The notes below the pieces were generated by a model. That model had not been told where the DNA came from. It saw nothing but the letters and a program-made list of their open reading frames with translations, and ran no database searches. From Alphaproteobacteria bacterium (lineage in GTDB: Bacteria; Pseudomonadota; Alphaproteobacteria; Rickettsiales; SXRF01), in NCBI GenBank assembly GCA_025360345.1, contig JANYCJ010000025.1:1-58631 (forward strand): a stretch of 58,631 nt of DNA, in the 5' to 3' direction. Of this stretch, positions 28,882 through 37,406 are shown in pieces. The first letter of the stretch is position 1. Each line of letters begins with the position of its first letter. The position numbers and the translations under genes were made by a program.

Positions 28882-29863
28882 ACGGCACAATTTTCTGGTC
28901 TATCGCCCCGAAAATGCTCAAGCCCAGCTCATCGGTCATATCAATCTTCACCCGGTCGCCAAAGCGCATGAAGGGCGTGGTGGACTCGCCCTTTTCCAGC
29001 TTCTCCAGCATCCGCCGCTCCACGATGCACGAAGACCCCACGCTCCGGTCCTTGTTGGAAACCGTGCCCGAGCCGATGATCGTGCCCGCCGATAAAAACC
29101 GCGTTTTCGCCGCGTGCGCAATCAGGGTCGGGAAATCGAACACCATGTCCACCCCCGCATTGGGCCGCCCGAATTCCACGCCGTTATATTCGCTCACCAG
29201 CGGCAAATGCAGCCGCCCGTCCTTCCAGTGTTCCCCCAAAGCCTCCGGGCTTACCGCCACGGGCGAAAAACTCGTCGCGGGCTTGCTCTGCATGAAGCCG
29301 AAACCCTTTGCCACCTCCTCGGCTGCCAGCACCCGAAGGCTCACATCGTTCACCAGCATCACCAACCGGATATGCTTGGCCGCATCGGCAACCGAAACCC
29401 CCATCGGCACATCATCCGTTATCACCGCCACCTCCGCCTCGAAATCAATCCCGTGCTTTTCATCCGGCAGCGGCACATCGTCACGCGCCCCCAGCAGCAC
29501 GTCGCTGCCGCCCTGATACATCAGCGGCACCGTCCAGAAGCTTTCCGGCATCTCCACCCCGCGCGATTTCCGCACCAGCTCCACATGGTTCACATAGGCC
29601 GAGCCGTCCAGCCATTGGTAGCTGCGGGGCAGGGGCGCCGCGCAGTCCTTCGCGTCAAACCGTATCAAATCCCCGATCTCTTCAATCGTGTTCAAATCCT
29701 GGTAAATCGCCTCTAAATGCCGCGACACGCTCGCCCAGTTCTCCAGCGCATACTGCAGCGTCCCGGCAATCCCCTCCACCGCCACCGCGCGCGACAAATC
29801 CCGGCTCACCACCACCAGCTTCCCGTCCCGGTGCCCTTGTTTTTTAAGCGAGGCTAACTTCAT
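28868..29863 (-). CDS. fahA: Fumarylacetoacetate hydrolase family protein (likely fumarylacetoacetase of the homogentisate pathway)
   Basis: The ~330-aa bacterial FAH type, with MKLASLKKQGHRDGKLVVVSRDL, EAEVAVITDD and GTIIGSGTVSN. It sits between hmgA and maiA. Confidence 0.85.
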   Translation of the reverse strand: MKLASLKKQGHRDGKLVVVSRDLSRAVAVEGIAGTLQYALENWASVSRHLEAIYQDLNTIEEIGDLIRFDAKDCAAPLPRSYQWLDGSAYVNHVELVRKSRGVEMPESFWTVPLMYQGGSDVLLGARDDVPLPDEKHGIDFEAEVAVITDDVPMGVSVADAAKHIRLVMLVNDVSLRVLAAEEVAKGFGFMQSKPATSFSPVAVSPEALGEHWKDGRLHLPLVSEYNGVEFGRPNAGVDMVFDFPTLIAHAAKTRFLSAGTIIGSGTVSNKDRSVGSSCIVERRMLEKLEKGESTTPFMRFGDRVKIDMTDELGLSIFGAIDQKIVPYGQP

Positions 29864-30987
29864 GCCTTTTCCTTCCAGCTATTCACATAATCCTGCCATT
29901 CCACCCCTTGCGCCTGCGCCGAAACCTCCACCGCGTCGCGGGTGTCGATCATCACCGCCACCTCGTCAGTCATGGTCTTGGGCTTGGTCTGGGAGTTCTT
30001 CAGCGCCTTGGGGTGCGGCCCGTGGCTAAACCCGCACGGATGCAGCGTCACCATCCCGGGGTGGATATTGTCCCGGCTGAAAAACTCGCCGAGATGGTAA
30101 AAGATGATTTCGTCGAAATCATTGTTCGAATGGTAAAATGGCACCTTCAGCGCCCCCGGGTCACTCTCGATGGGCCTCGGCACAAAACTGCACACCACGA
30201 AGCGGCCAGCCACGAACGTCGTATGCACCGAAGGCGGCAGATGGTAGCGGTGGCTCATCACCGGGCGAATGTCCCGCCAGTTGATCTTCACCGGAAGGTT
30301 GTCGCCATGCCAGCCCACCGCGTCCAGCGGGTTATAGCGGTAAGACACGGTGGAAAACCGCCCGTGCCGCTTAATCACCACTGACCACGGCATTTCACCC
30401 TGCTGCGCCTTGAACGCCGCATCGATCTTGGGCGTGTCCAGCATTGCCGGGTCAAAAATCGCATGTCCCCCCAGCATCCCCTTATCCGGAAGCCGGTAAC
30501 TGTCCCCCGTCGCCTCGATCAGCAGGAACTGCGCCTTGCCTTTGCACTCCACCCGCCAGCAGCTCCCCCGCGGCAGCATGATGTAATCCCCTTCAGAAAA
30601 CGCCAGATGCCCGAAATCGCAAAACAAATCCCCTTCGCCGGAATGCACGAACAACAGCTCGTCCCCATCCGCGTTGGTCACTAAATGCTTCATCGCCCCT
30701 TCTGTCTTCCAGAAACGTAATTTCATATGCGCGTTAGTCACCACCGAAGCCGCCGCCCAAGGCAAATTCTCCAGCCCCTTAAGCAGCGTCAGGTCAAACG
30801 CCCGTGGCCGGTGCTCCCCTTCCCAGCTCGACCAGCCGGTGGGTGGGTGCGCGTGGTAAAGATGCGAAGTCGGCCCAAAAAACCCTTCCTTGCCAAATTC
30901 ACGCTCATACGTGCCCTCCGGCAGGTCGCAATGCGCCTGCCGTGAAGCCGTGCCTTCCACTTTCGGGGTCGGGATCCAGTTTTTCAT
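29860..30987 (-). CDS. hmgA: Homogentisate 1,2-dioxygenase (short cupin form)
   Basis: The metal-site region PFYHSNNDFDEIIFY...VTLHPCGFSHGPHP parallels the HGO motif YYHRN..SE...LH....PHGP. The operon context supports the call. Confidence 0.82.
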   Translation of the reverse strand: MKNWIPTPKVEGTASRQAHCDLPEGTYEREFGKEGFFGPTSHLYHAHPPTGWSSWEGEHRPRAFDLTLLKGLENLPWAAASVVTNAHMKLRFWKTEGAMKHLVTNADGDELLFVHSGEGDLFCDFGHLAFSEGDYIMLPRGSCWRVECKGKAQFLLIEATGDSYRLPDKGMLGGHAIFDPAMLDTPKIDAAFKAQQGEMPWSVVIKRHGRFSTVSYRYNPLDAVGWHGDNLPVKINWRDIRPVMSHRYHLPPSVHTTFVAGRFVVCSFVPRPIESDPGALKVPFYHSNNDFDEIIFYHLGEFFSRDNIHPGMVTLHPCGFSHGPHPKALKNSQTKPKTMTDEVAVMIDTRDAVEVSAQAQGVEWQDYVNSWKEKA

Positions 30988-31127
30988 AAGAAAACCATAA
31001 ATAAAATTCGTTATTTCAAATGATTGAAAACAGTGCTATAGCCTATCGCAAAGCAAAGGGGAATTCAATCGCTTCCCTTTTGCGCCGCCAGCTAGGCCCC
31101 CCTAGAAACAAATTGAAGGAGCGACCC

Positions 31128-31637
31128 ATGCGTTCGAAAGCCCTTGTTTCCCTGCTTATACTGGCCAGCACCCAGTCCGCCTTCGCCCAGACCGACGAGC
31201 GGAAAACACCCGCCATGCAGCCCATGGTGGCAAACCCCGCCGCCATGCAGACGAACGAGCCCGGCTTTTCCGTAGGCGGCGGCGCTATTCCCGCCCTTCC
31301 GCTGGAAAGCCAGCAGTCCGGCACCGTCACCTACCTTAACGGCGGCATAGGCGACGAAGAACTCGCCCAGCTCAAGGCGCAAAGCGCCCAGTATAACCTG
31401 CAGGTGATGTTAAGCGCCCCCGGCGGCGCCTACATTAGCGACGTGCGCCTGCGCGTGCTCGATGACAGTGGCAAAGCCCTGCTCGACATCGCCGATGCCG
31501 GCCCCTATCTCTACGCCAAGCTCCCCGCCGGCACCTATAAGCTGGAAACCACCAACCCGGGCGCGGAAGCCAAAACTGAAACGGTCAAAATCCCCGCAAC
31601 CGGCGCGTTCAAAAAACACATCGTCTATAACCAGTAA
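31128..31637 (+). CDS. Secreted protein, possibly with a carboxypeptidase-regulatory-like beta-sandwich domain
   Basis: AAGGAG lies upstream of the ATG at 31128. The signal peptide is MRSKALVSLLILASTQSAFAQ. The C-terminal part reads VRLRVLDDSGKALL...LPAGTYKLETT. The ORF opens at 31020. Confidence 0.65.
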   Translation: MRSKALVSLLILASTQSAFAQTDERKTPAMQPMVANPAAMQTNEPGFSVGGGAIPALPLESQQSGTVTYLNGGIGDEELAQLKAQSAQYNLQVMLSAPGGAYISDVRLRVLDDSGKALLDIADAGPYLYAKLPAGTYKLETTNPGAEAKTETVKIPATGAFKKHIVYNQ

Positions 31638-31643
31638 AACGCC

Positions 31644-32726
31644 TCAGGCCAGCCGCTTGCCCAGCGCCTGCGCGCGGCTTTCAACCTGCCGGTGAAACAC
31701 CTCGGCCACGCCCAGCATCACCGGCAGCGCCAGCGCCACGATCACACCTTCCGGCAATAGCCCGTGCAGGCCGTAAAGCATCGCCAGCAATACCGGCAAA
31801 TGCGTCAGGTACAGGCTGAAAGAAACCTTGCCCAGCCATAGCGGCGCACGGCGCATCAGCAGCGCATCCACCGCCCCCAGCACCTGCACGCTGAAAATGA
31901 GATACAGCGCAAAAACCCCGAAATACACGTCATTCACCGTGAAATGCGCCTCTACCAGCCGCGCCGGCAGCAGGAAAAACACCCCGAAAATCACCCCATG
32001 CCCCCACACCGGCACGCGCTGCAACTGCCGGATGATGACATCCCGGCACAGCGCCGCCTTCGCCCCCAGATAAAAAAACGGCACATAATACAGCGTCAGC
32101 AGCAAAGCCCCCGCGCCAGACTGGCCCACATAGAAATTCGCCTGCCCGTCCATCATCACAAAAAGCTTCGCCGCTACGAACCCAAGGCCGAAAACCGCGC
32201 CCGCGCTCCACAGCGGCAGCCGCAGCGCCACCCACACCAGCAAGGGGAAAAATAAGGAAATCCGTATCTCGTAAATCAGGCTCCAGATCGGCGGGTTGAG
32301 CGAAATACTGCCCATGCCCACGCCCTGCATCAGCATATGCGAAGCCACCAGCCCCGGGCTCACCATGAACGACCAGTCCGTCTCCCCTTGCGCCCATTCC
32401 GGCTGCGGCGAGCTGAAAATGCTGGCAAGCACTGCCGCCATCCCCACCGCCACCACGAACGGCAGGTAAATCCGGCACATCCTGCGGATAAAATACTGCC
32501 GGTAAGCCTGCGCCTTCCCCGCCCGGTAAGGCAGTGCCAGCACAAACCCGCTCAGCACGAAAAACAGCACCACCGCAAACCGCCCGGAAACCAGCCAGTG
32601 CAGCGGCGTCCACGCCATCAGCCCTTGTGTTTGCGCCTTGAACGCCGGGGCCACGTCATAAAAATGGTTGAGCACCACTACAAATGCCGCGATCCCCCTC
32701 ACCGAATCAAGGCTGGGAATCCGCAT
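31644..32726 (-). CDS. Acyltransferase family 3 membrane protein (OafA/YrhL-like)
   Basis: MRIPSLDSVRGIAAFVVVLNHF is the typical Acyl_transf_3 N-terminus. About 10 TM segments. Confidence 0.88.
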   Translation of the reverse strand: MRIPSLDSVRGIAAFVVVLNHFYDVAPAFKAQTQGLMAWTPLHWLVSGRFAVVLFFVLSGFVLALPYRAGKAQAYRQYFIRRMCRIYLPFVVAVGMAAVLASIFSSPQPEWAQGETDWSFMVSPGLVASHMLMQGVGMGSISLNPPIWSLIYEIRISLFFPLLVWVALRLPLWSAGAVFGLGFVAAKLFVMMDGQANFYVGQSGAGALLLTLYYVPFFYLGAKAALCRDVIIRQLQRVPVWGHGVIFGVFFLLPARLVEAHFTVNDVYFGVFALYLIFSVQVLGAVDALLMRRAPLWLGKVSFSLYLTHLPVLLAMLYGLHGLLPEGVIVALALPVMLGVAEVFHRQVESRAQALGKRLA

Positions 32727-32759
32727 GTCAGGCCGCGCCGCGCAAGGCCGGTTCAGCGC

Positions 32760-33713
32760 TCATGCGCTTTCCAGTTCGCCCAGCACGCCCATCAGCTCGC
32801 GGTATTCACCCTTGCTCATGCCGCTTTGCTCCTGCGTCACGCTTTCCCCCGCGATCATGCGCTTGATCACGGCCAGCCCCTTGGCCGAGAGCGCCGCCCC
32901 GCCCATGCGGTAATCCATGAATGCCTGATAGGTAATCGGCACCCATGCCTTGAGGATATCCAGCATCACCTCGGCATAGACCCGGATCTCATACTGCGCA
33001 TGAGGGTCTGCCCGCAAAGAAAGGAAATGCAGCAAATTCTGCAAATCAATCTTCCAGTACCACTGCGTGTAGAAATTCACCGGCAAATTCATGCGCGCCA
33101 GCTCCCGCGCCAGCCCGGTCTTGTCGCCATCCAGCACCGTGCCCTGCTCGTCGGCGTTCAGCAGCTCTTCGTAATGCTTATAGGCCTGCATGGAATCCTG
33201 CTTCAGTATCTCCAGCGCCCGCGCTGCTTCCGCACCTTCCAGCACACCCCCGCGGCCTTGCCGGTTCGAGGTGGACTGCGCCGCCAGATGCTCTGGCTGC
33301 GGCACGTAAAATTCCTTGTCCATGATCGAATAGCGCCCGGAATATTCGTTCACATTGGCCGTGCGGTGGCGTATCCATTGCCGCGCCACGAAAATCGGCA
33401 GCTTGATATGGAATTTGATCTCGCACATTTCAAACGGCGTGGTATGGCGGTGGCGCATCAGGTAGTTGATAAGCCCCGCATCCTCGTTCACCTTGCGCGT
33501 GCCACGGCCATAAGACACCCGTGCCGCCTGCACAATGGCGCTGTCCGTGCCCATATAATCCACCACCCGCACAAACCCGTGGTCAAGCACCGGCATGGCC
33601 TTGTAAAGCACCTCCTCCAGCGCCGGGGCCACGTCCCGCCGAGAGGGGCTTTGCACTTGGCGCAGTGCTTCAATTTCAATGGCTTGTTGTTCGGTCAATG
33701 GCATAGGGCGCAC
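32760..33713 (-). CDS. thyX: FAD-dependent thymidylate synthase
   Basis: ThyX signature [15 protein letters not shown] (RHRxxSxNxxSxRY-type), together with the surrounding helices. Confidence 0.93.
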   Translation of the reverse strand: MRPMPLTEQQAIEIEALRQVQSPSRRDVAPALEEVLYKAMPVLDHGFVRVVDYMGTDSAIVQAARVSYGRGTRKVNEDAGLINYLMRHRHTTPFEMCEIKFHIKLPIFVARQWIRHRTANVNEYSGRYSIMDKEFYVPQPEHLAAQSTSNRQGRGGVLEGAEAARALEILKQDSMQAYKHYEELLNADEQGTVLDGDKTGLARELARMNLPVNFYTQWYWKIDLQNLLHFLSLRADPHAQYEIRVYAEVMLDILKAWVPITYQAFMDYRMGGAALSAKGLAVIKRMIAGESVTQEQSGMSKGEYRELMGVLGELESA

Positions 33714-33888
33714 CTTGGCAAGGGTGAAAGCGGAATAGGTTAATATAGCTCTTATGGCAAACCCCGGCCTGAAAGTCTATCCCGATCCAACCTTACCATG
33801 ATAACAAAACATAGCCTTGCCACCTCACACGCATCTGCCTCAATAGGCGCGCTTCCTTCAAAAACCTGCTGAAAATGCGCCTTACCCC

Positions 33889-33917
33889 TTCACAAACCCG
33901 ATGAAAGCGCATATATT
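33889..33917 (+). promoter_or_regulatory. Putative sigma70-type promoter of ssrA
   Basis: TTCACA (33889-33894), a 17-nt spacer, then TATATT (33912-33917). The predicted transcript start near 33925 gives an acceptor piece of about 79 nt. Confidence 0.4.
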
Positions 33918-33924
33918 AGAGGCG

Positions 33925-34290
33925 TTACTTCGGTAACTATGGTGATAAACGTAAGTCAGAATAAGCGGATTGGACCCGGGGGCAGTACCCGGCGCCTCCA
34001 CCATTTGCAAACCACGCCGCCTTGTTGTCAAAGCGCTGTGGGAATTATGGGGGCGAATCAGGCTCGACAGACGTAATAAAAGGCTTATTTTTACCCGGGA
34101 TGATTCCGTCGATATCGGATCACAATTGTAAATGCCAACGACAACGTTGCATTTGTTGCCGCTAACGACAACACAGTCGTAGCAGTTCGTGCTGCAGCCT
34201 AACGGCGAGCACGCGCTCTAGCGCGTAACTCGGCCCGGGGAGTGCCGGGAAACAGAAACTCCCCACCTATCATCCGGGCGCACTCCCTTT
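33925..34290 (+). ncRNA. ssrA: Circularly permuted (two-piece) tmRNA: acceptor piece about 33925-34003, coding piece about 34049-34290
   Basis: The 3' acceptor strand CGCCUCC-A-CCA (33993-34003), with T-arm CCGGG/CCCGG (33976-33992), lies UPSTREAM of the 5' acceptor strand GGGGGCG (34049-34055). Pairing them gives a 7-bp stem with the G3:U wobble required by AlaRS. The tag ORF GCC AAC GAC AAC ... GCA GCC TAA (34134-34202) encodes ANDNVAFVAANDNTVVAVRAAA. A post-stop hairpin and a pseudoknot-like pairing GGGAGUGC/GCACUCCC follow, the latter ending at 34287. The RNA ends are approximate. Confidence 0.85.
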
Positions 34291-34308
34291 ATTAAACATA
34301 AGGGGGGC

Positions 34309-34351
34309 GGGGCAGGCACCGGGAAACAGAAGCCTGCCCCACTTTATTTCT
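34309..34351 (+). terminator. Rho-independent terminator after ssrA
   Basis: Stem GGGGCAGGC (34309-34317) pairs with GCCTGCCCC (34332-34340). A T-rich tract, ACTTTATTTCT, follows. Confidence 0.7.
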
Positions 34352-34438
34352 GGGATATGTCCCACCGGAAAAGATTGCAACGCCGCCGCTCTTGGAGCAG
34401 AATACGCCTAACCAACGCACCCTGACAGAAGTACCCGC

Positions 34439-34906
34439 ATGACCGAAGACCAGCTGCATTACCCTCTATTGATTGACCACGCCATGCGCGGCGTCGTCCG
34501 TGAAGTGCTCAAGCGCGTACAGTCCACCGGCCTTCCCGGTGAGCATCATTTCTATATTTCCTTCCTCACCGGCTTTCCCGGCGTGAAAATGTCCGAGCAG
34601 CTCAAAAGCCGCTACCCCAAGGAAATCACCATCGTCATGCAGCACCAGTACTGGGACTTCAAGGTGGAGGAGCAGGGCTTCACCGTCACCTTGAGCTTCG
34701 GCGGCGTGCCTGAAAAACTCACCATTCCCTATGCGGCCCTCACCGCCTTTGCCGACCCCAGCATCAAGTTCGGCCTGCAGTTCCAGCACTCCGACGTGCT
34801 CGAAGACGTGGAAGACACCACCCTCGAACTCCCGCAGGATTTAACCAAGGCCGCCGAAGAAGGCGCCGCCGAAATCATCTCGCTGGATTCCTTCCGCAAA
34901 AAATAA
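34439..34906 (+). CDS. sspB: ClpXP adaptor SspB (alpha-proteobacterial type)
   Basis: GLPGEHHFYISFLTGFPGV...ITIVMQHQYWDFKV...LSFGGVPEKLTIPY...FADPSIKFGLQF matches the SspB-family core. The acidic/flexible tail ends in a ClpX-binding-like ISLDSFRKK. Confidence 0.85.
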   Translation: MTEDQLHYPLLIDHAMRGVVREVLKRVQSTGLPGEHHFYISFLTGFPGVKMSEQLKSRYPKEITIVMQHQYWDFKVEEQGFTVTLSFGGVPEKLTIPYAALTAFADPSIKFGLQFQHSDVLEDVEDTTLELPQDLTKAAEEGAAEIISLDSFRKK

Positions 34907-34910
34907 CGCC

Positions 34911-35360
34911 ATGCCGCCAAACCATTTCATGCAGCAGGCCCTCGCCAAAGCCCGCGCCGCGCTCCCGCATGAAGTGCCCATCGCCGCCCTCATCGTAAGC
35001 AGCAGCGGCGAAATCCTCAGCCTCGCCCATAACCTCACCGAAACCATTTCCGACCCCACCGCCCATGCCGAAATCGTGGCCCTGCGCGCGGCCTGCGCCC
35101 AGCGCAGCTCCCCCCGCCTGCCCGATTGCGATATGTATGTCACCTTAGAGCCTTGCCCCATGTGCGCCACTGCCATCAGCTTCGCCCGTATCCGCAGGCT
35201 CTATTTCGGCGCCTACGATGCCAAGGGGGGAGGGGTGGAACACGGCCCCCGCATTTTCCAGCAGCCCACCTGCCACCACCGCCCGGAAGTTATCGCCGGC
35301 ATGGCCGAGGCCGAATCCAGCCAGCTCCTGAAAAGCTTCTTTGAAGCTAAGCGTGCCTGA
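34911..35360 (+). CDS. tadA: tRNA adenosine(34) deaminase
   Basis: The zinc motifs HAEIVALR and PCPMCATAI are present. Length 149 aa. Confidence 0.93.
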   Translation: MPPNHFMQQALAKARAALPHEVPIAALIVSSSGEILSLAHNLTETISDPTAHAEIVALRAACAQRSSPRLPDCDMYVTLEPCPMCATAISFARIRRLYFGAYDAKGGGVEHGPRIFQQPTCHHRPEVIAGMAEAESSQLLKSFFEAKRA

Positions 35361-35410
35361 CGGCACAAGAATTGCCTCTTTTCCTTCAAACCAACAGGGA
35401 AGGAAACGCC

Positions 35411-36052
35411 ATGACCACCATCATCCCCACCCCAATTCCCGGCCTTCCTGCCGCCCCCCGTACCGCTTCAGCCAGCCCGGCGGGCGCTTTCACAAGCCTG
35501 CTGCAACTGAACCTCGGCACCTCAAACCCCCTGCCGCGCCCCACCGACCTCGCCAGCCTTGCCAGCTATTTACAGTCCGATGCCGGGGCAACCCTGACCC
35601 AGGATATAGAAACCATGGCCAAAAATGCCATGGATAAGGTCAATACCCAGCTCCAAACCTTGTTTAAGGCACAAAACATTGCCAATTCACCCCCGATTAT
35701 CATCGAAATCGAAAAAAACGGGCAAATTTCCGTTTCCGATAACCCCGAAAAGGCCAAAATACTCCAGATTTTGAATAATACGCCTGAGCTGGTCCACGCC
35801 ATCCGCCAGGCCGCCGCCCTTCAGGAGCGTGCCGCCCTGCTCGAACAATACGAGGAATACCTCAAAGCCTACCGCAAGGCCTATGCTGAAGGTGGCCCCA
35901 GCGCCGCGCAGGAAGTCACCGACCGCTACCTCCTCCTCTCGGCAAAATTCAGCTACCAGTTCGACGACATCAAGGGCGTCACCGTCCGCGTCAACGGCCA
36001 GCTGATAAAAAACTGGCTGGGCGACACCGCGCAGGCATTGTCAAAAAATTAG
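35411..36052 (+). CDS. Hypothetical protein (P/A/S-rich disordered N-terminus, helical middle)
   Basis: GGAAGGA lies upstream of the ATG at 35411 (MTTIIPTPIPG). The frame is open to 36052. The middle part has lower GC than its neighbours. I recognise no family. Confidence 0.6.
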   Translation: MTTIIPTPIPGLPAAPRTASASPAGAFTSLLQLNLGTSNPLPRPTDLASLASYLQSDAGATLTQDIETMAKNAMDKVNTQLQTLFKAQNIANSPPIIIEIEKNGQISVSDNPEKAKILQILNNTPELVHAIRQAAALQERAALLEQYEEYLKAYRKAYAEGGPSAAQEVTDRYLLLSAKFSYQFDDIKGVTVRVNGQLIKNWLGDTAQALSKN

Positions 36053-36423
36053 CCCGGAGTCCGGCCCGCGCCCGTCTCCTGCCGCTGGGCGGCAATCAGC
36101 TCCCGGTGCTTGTCCGTCTCGGCTTCTTTGACCACCGTGATATGCATATGCTTCACCACCTTCGGCGCGCAGTCCTGCGCTTCAGCCATTTTTTTATCAT
36201 CACCGAATAACTTGTTGAATACCGGCTCCATCGCCGTATTAATCGCCCCGAACGCGCCAAAAAACGCCCCCGTCCAGATCACCGGGGTGGCAATCGCCGT
36301 AGCCAGTGCCGCCTCGCCGATCACGCCCGCGCCCAGCGCGCTGGCCAGCGGCGGTGCAATCAGCGCCAGCGCCACGCCCACCGCAAAAAACAGCGCACCT
36401 GCCTTGGCAATTTTTTTGAACAT
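36049..36423 (-). CDS. Hypothetical small membrane protein (2-3 G/A-rich TM segments, charged C-terminal tail)
   Basis: MFKKIAKAGALFFAVGVALALIAPPLASALGAGVIGEAALATAIATPVIWTGAFFGAFGAI. Its stop overlaps the stop of the convergent gene (TTAG). Confidence 0.55.
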   Translation of the reverse strand: MFKKIAKAGALFFAVGVALALIAPPLASALGAGVIGEAALATAIATPVIWTGAFFGAFGAINTAMEPVFNKLFGDDKKMAEAQDCAPKVVKHMHITVVKEAETDKHRELIAAQRQETGAGRTPG

Positions 36424-36548
36424 GGAACCCCCTTTACGAAAGGCACCATAACTTATCCACAGGGGCGTGCCAAAGGAAATCTCGCTAGAAAGTTAATCTC
36501 AATCACCGCTCAATTTCGCAAACCGTTGAAATATAAAGCTTGAAGAAA

Positions 36549-37406
36549 CTACCGCCCCGAAGCTTTGGCAAGTAATTCACCCTTGCCATCGAACGGAATC
36601 TTGGCCGCCATCAGCGCCTCGGCCACCGCGCTCATCCCTCCCAGCACCCGCACTGCGCTGCTCGTGGTTTGCTGTTCGCTACCTCCCAGCTCGGTCAGTG
36701 CCGTCTGCACCTCGTGATACTGCCCCGGCCTTACGCCGCTTACCACCAGCTCATCGCGCGCCGTATCATATTTTATACGGTGCGGCTTCAGCGTCTCCAG
36801 CGCCGCGGCCTTGCGCTGGTCCGCCGAGGGATCGCGGGTCGGCTCCGGCACGGCCGGCACCTTGTCCTGCCCGTCGAAAGAAAAATTCGCCTCCGTAAGC
36901 TTCCTCGCCAGCGCCGCAGCCCCTTGGGTCACCCGCGTGGCCCGGTCATTCAGCGTTATCTGCCCGCCAGCCCCCAGCACCTCCAGCGCCATCTGCACCG
37001 GGTGAAAATCCCGTTGCTCCAGATTTTTAATAACCAACTCGTCTCGCTTCTCGTCATAAGCCATCCGGTCCCTGAACGGCCTTACCGTTTCCATCGCCTC
37101 TTTCATATCGGCAGGCGAGGCCACATCGTCGCGCCCCGAAAAATTGAAACCTTCCCTCGTAAGCTTGTGCACCAGCGCCGTGGCGCCTTTGGGCACCCGC
37201 ACCATGTGGTCGCTTTCCACCAGCTGGTGTGTGGCCCCCACCTCTGCCAGCGCCCCGCGCACCCGCTTCAGCTCATCGGGATTAAGCCCGCTGATCGTAA
37301 ACTGGTCTTCGTGCTTGGAATATTCCATCTGGTCTTGCACCTGCGCCAGCGTATTCAGCGCAGGGTCGCGGTGCCGTTTGATACCCGGCTTGGCCATGGC
37401 AACCAT
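36549..37406 (-). CDS. Hypothetical protein built from three tandem ~90-aa repeats
   Basis: AAAGGAGG lies 6 nt upstream of the ATG at 37406. Three alignable modules are present: Y-x-x-x-x-D-[EQ]-[LF]-[VT]-[IV]...[VL]G...[VT]RV..G..A....L....[FI].F.G. Confidence 0.7.
   Translation of the reverse strand: MVAMAKPGIKRHRDPALNTLAQVQDQMEYSKHEDQFTISGLNPDELKRVRGALAEVGATHQLVESDHMVRVPKGATALVHKLTREGFNFSGRDDVASPADMKEAMETVRPFRDRMAYDEKRDELVIKNLEQRDFHPVQMALEVLGAGGQITLNDRATRVTQGAAALARKLTEANFSFDGQDKVPAVPEPTRDPSADQRKAAALETLKPHRIKYDTARDELVVSGVRPGQYHEVQTALTELGGSEQQTTSSAVRVLGGMSAVAEALMAAKIPFDGKGELLAKASGR

Noticed and set aside
36471-36484. A 14-nt exact match, CAAAGGAAATCTCG, shared between the intergenic region at 36471-36484 and the zinc-ribbon ORF at 43691-43704.
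   Set aside because: A handful of 14-mers are expected to recur by chance in 58.6 kb counting both strands. The flanks do not extend the match, and the two contexts are unrelated.
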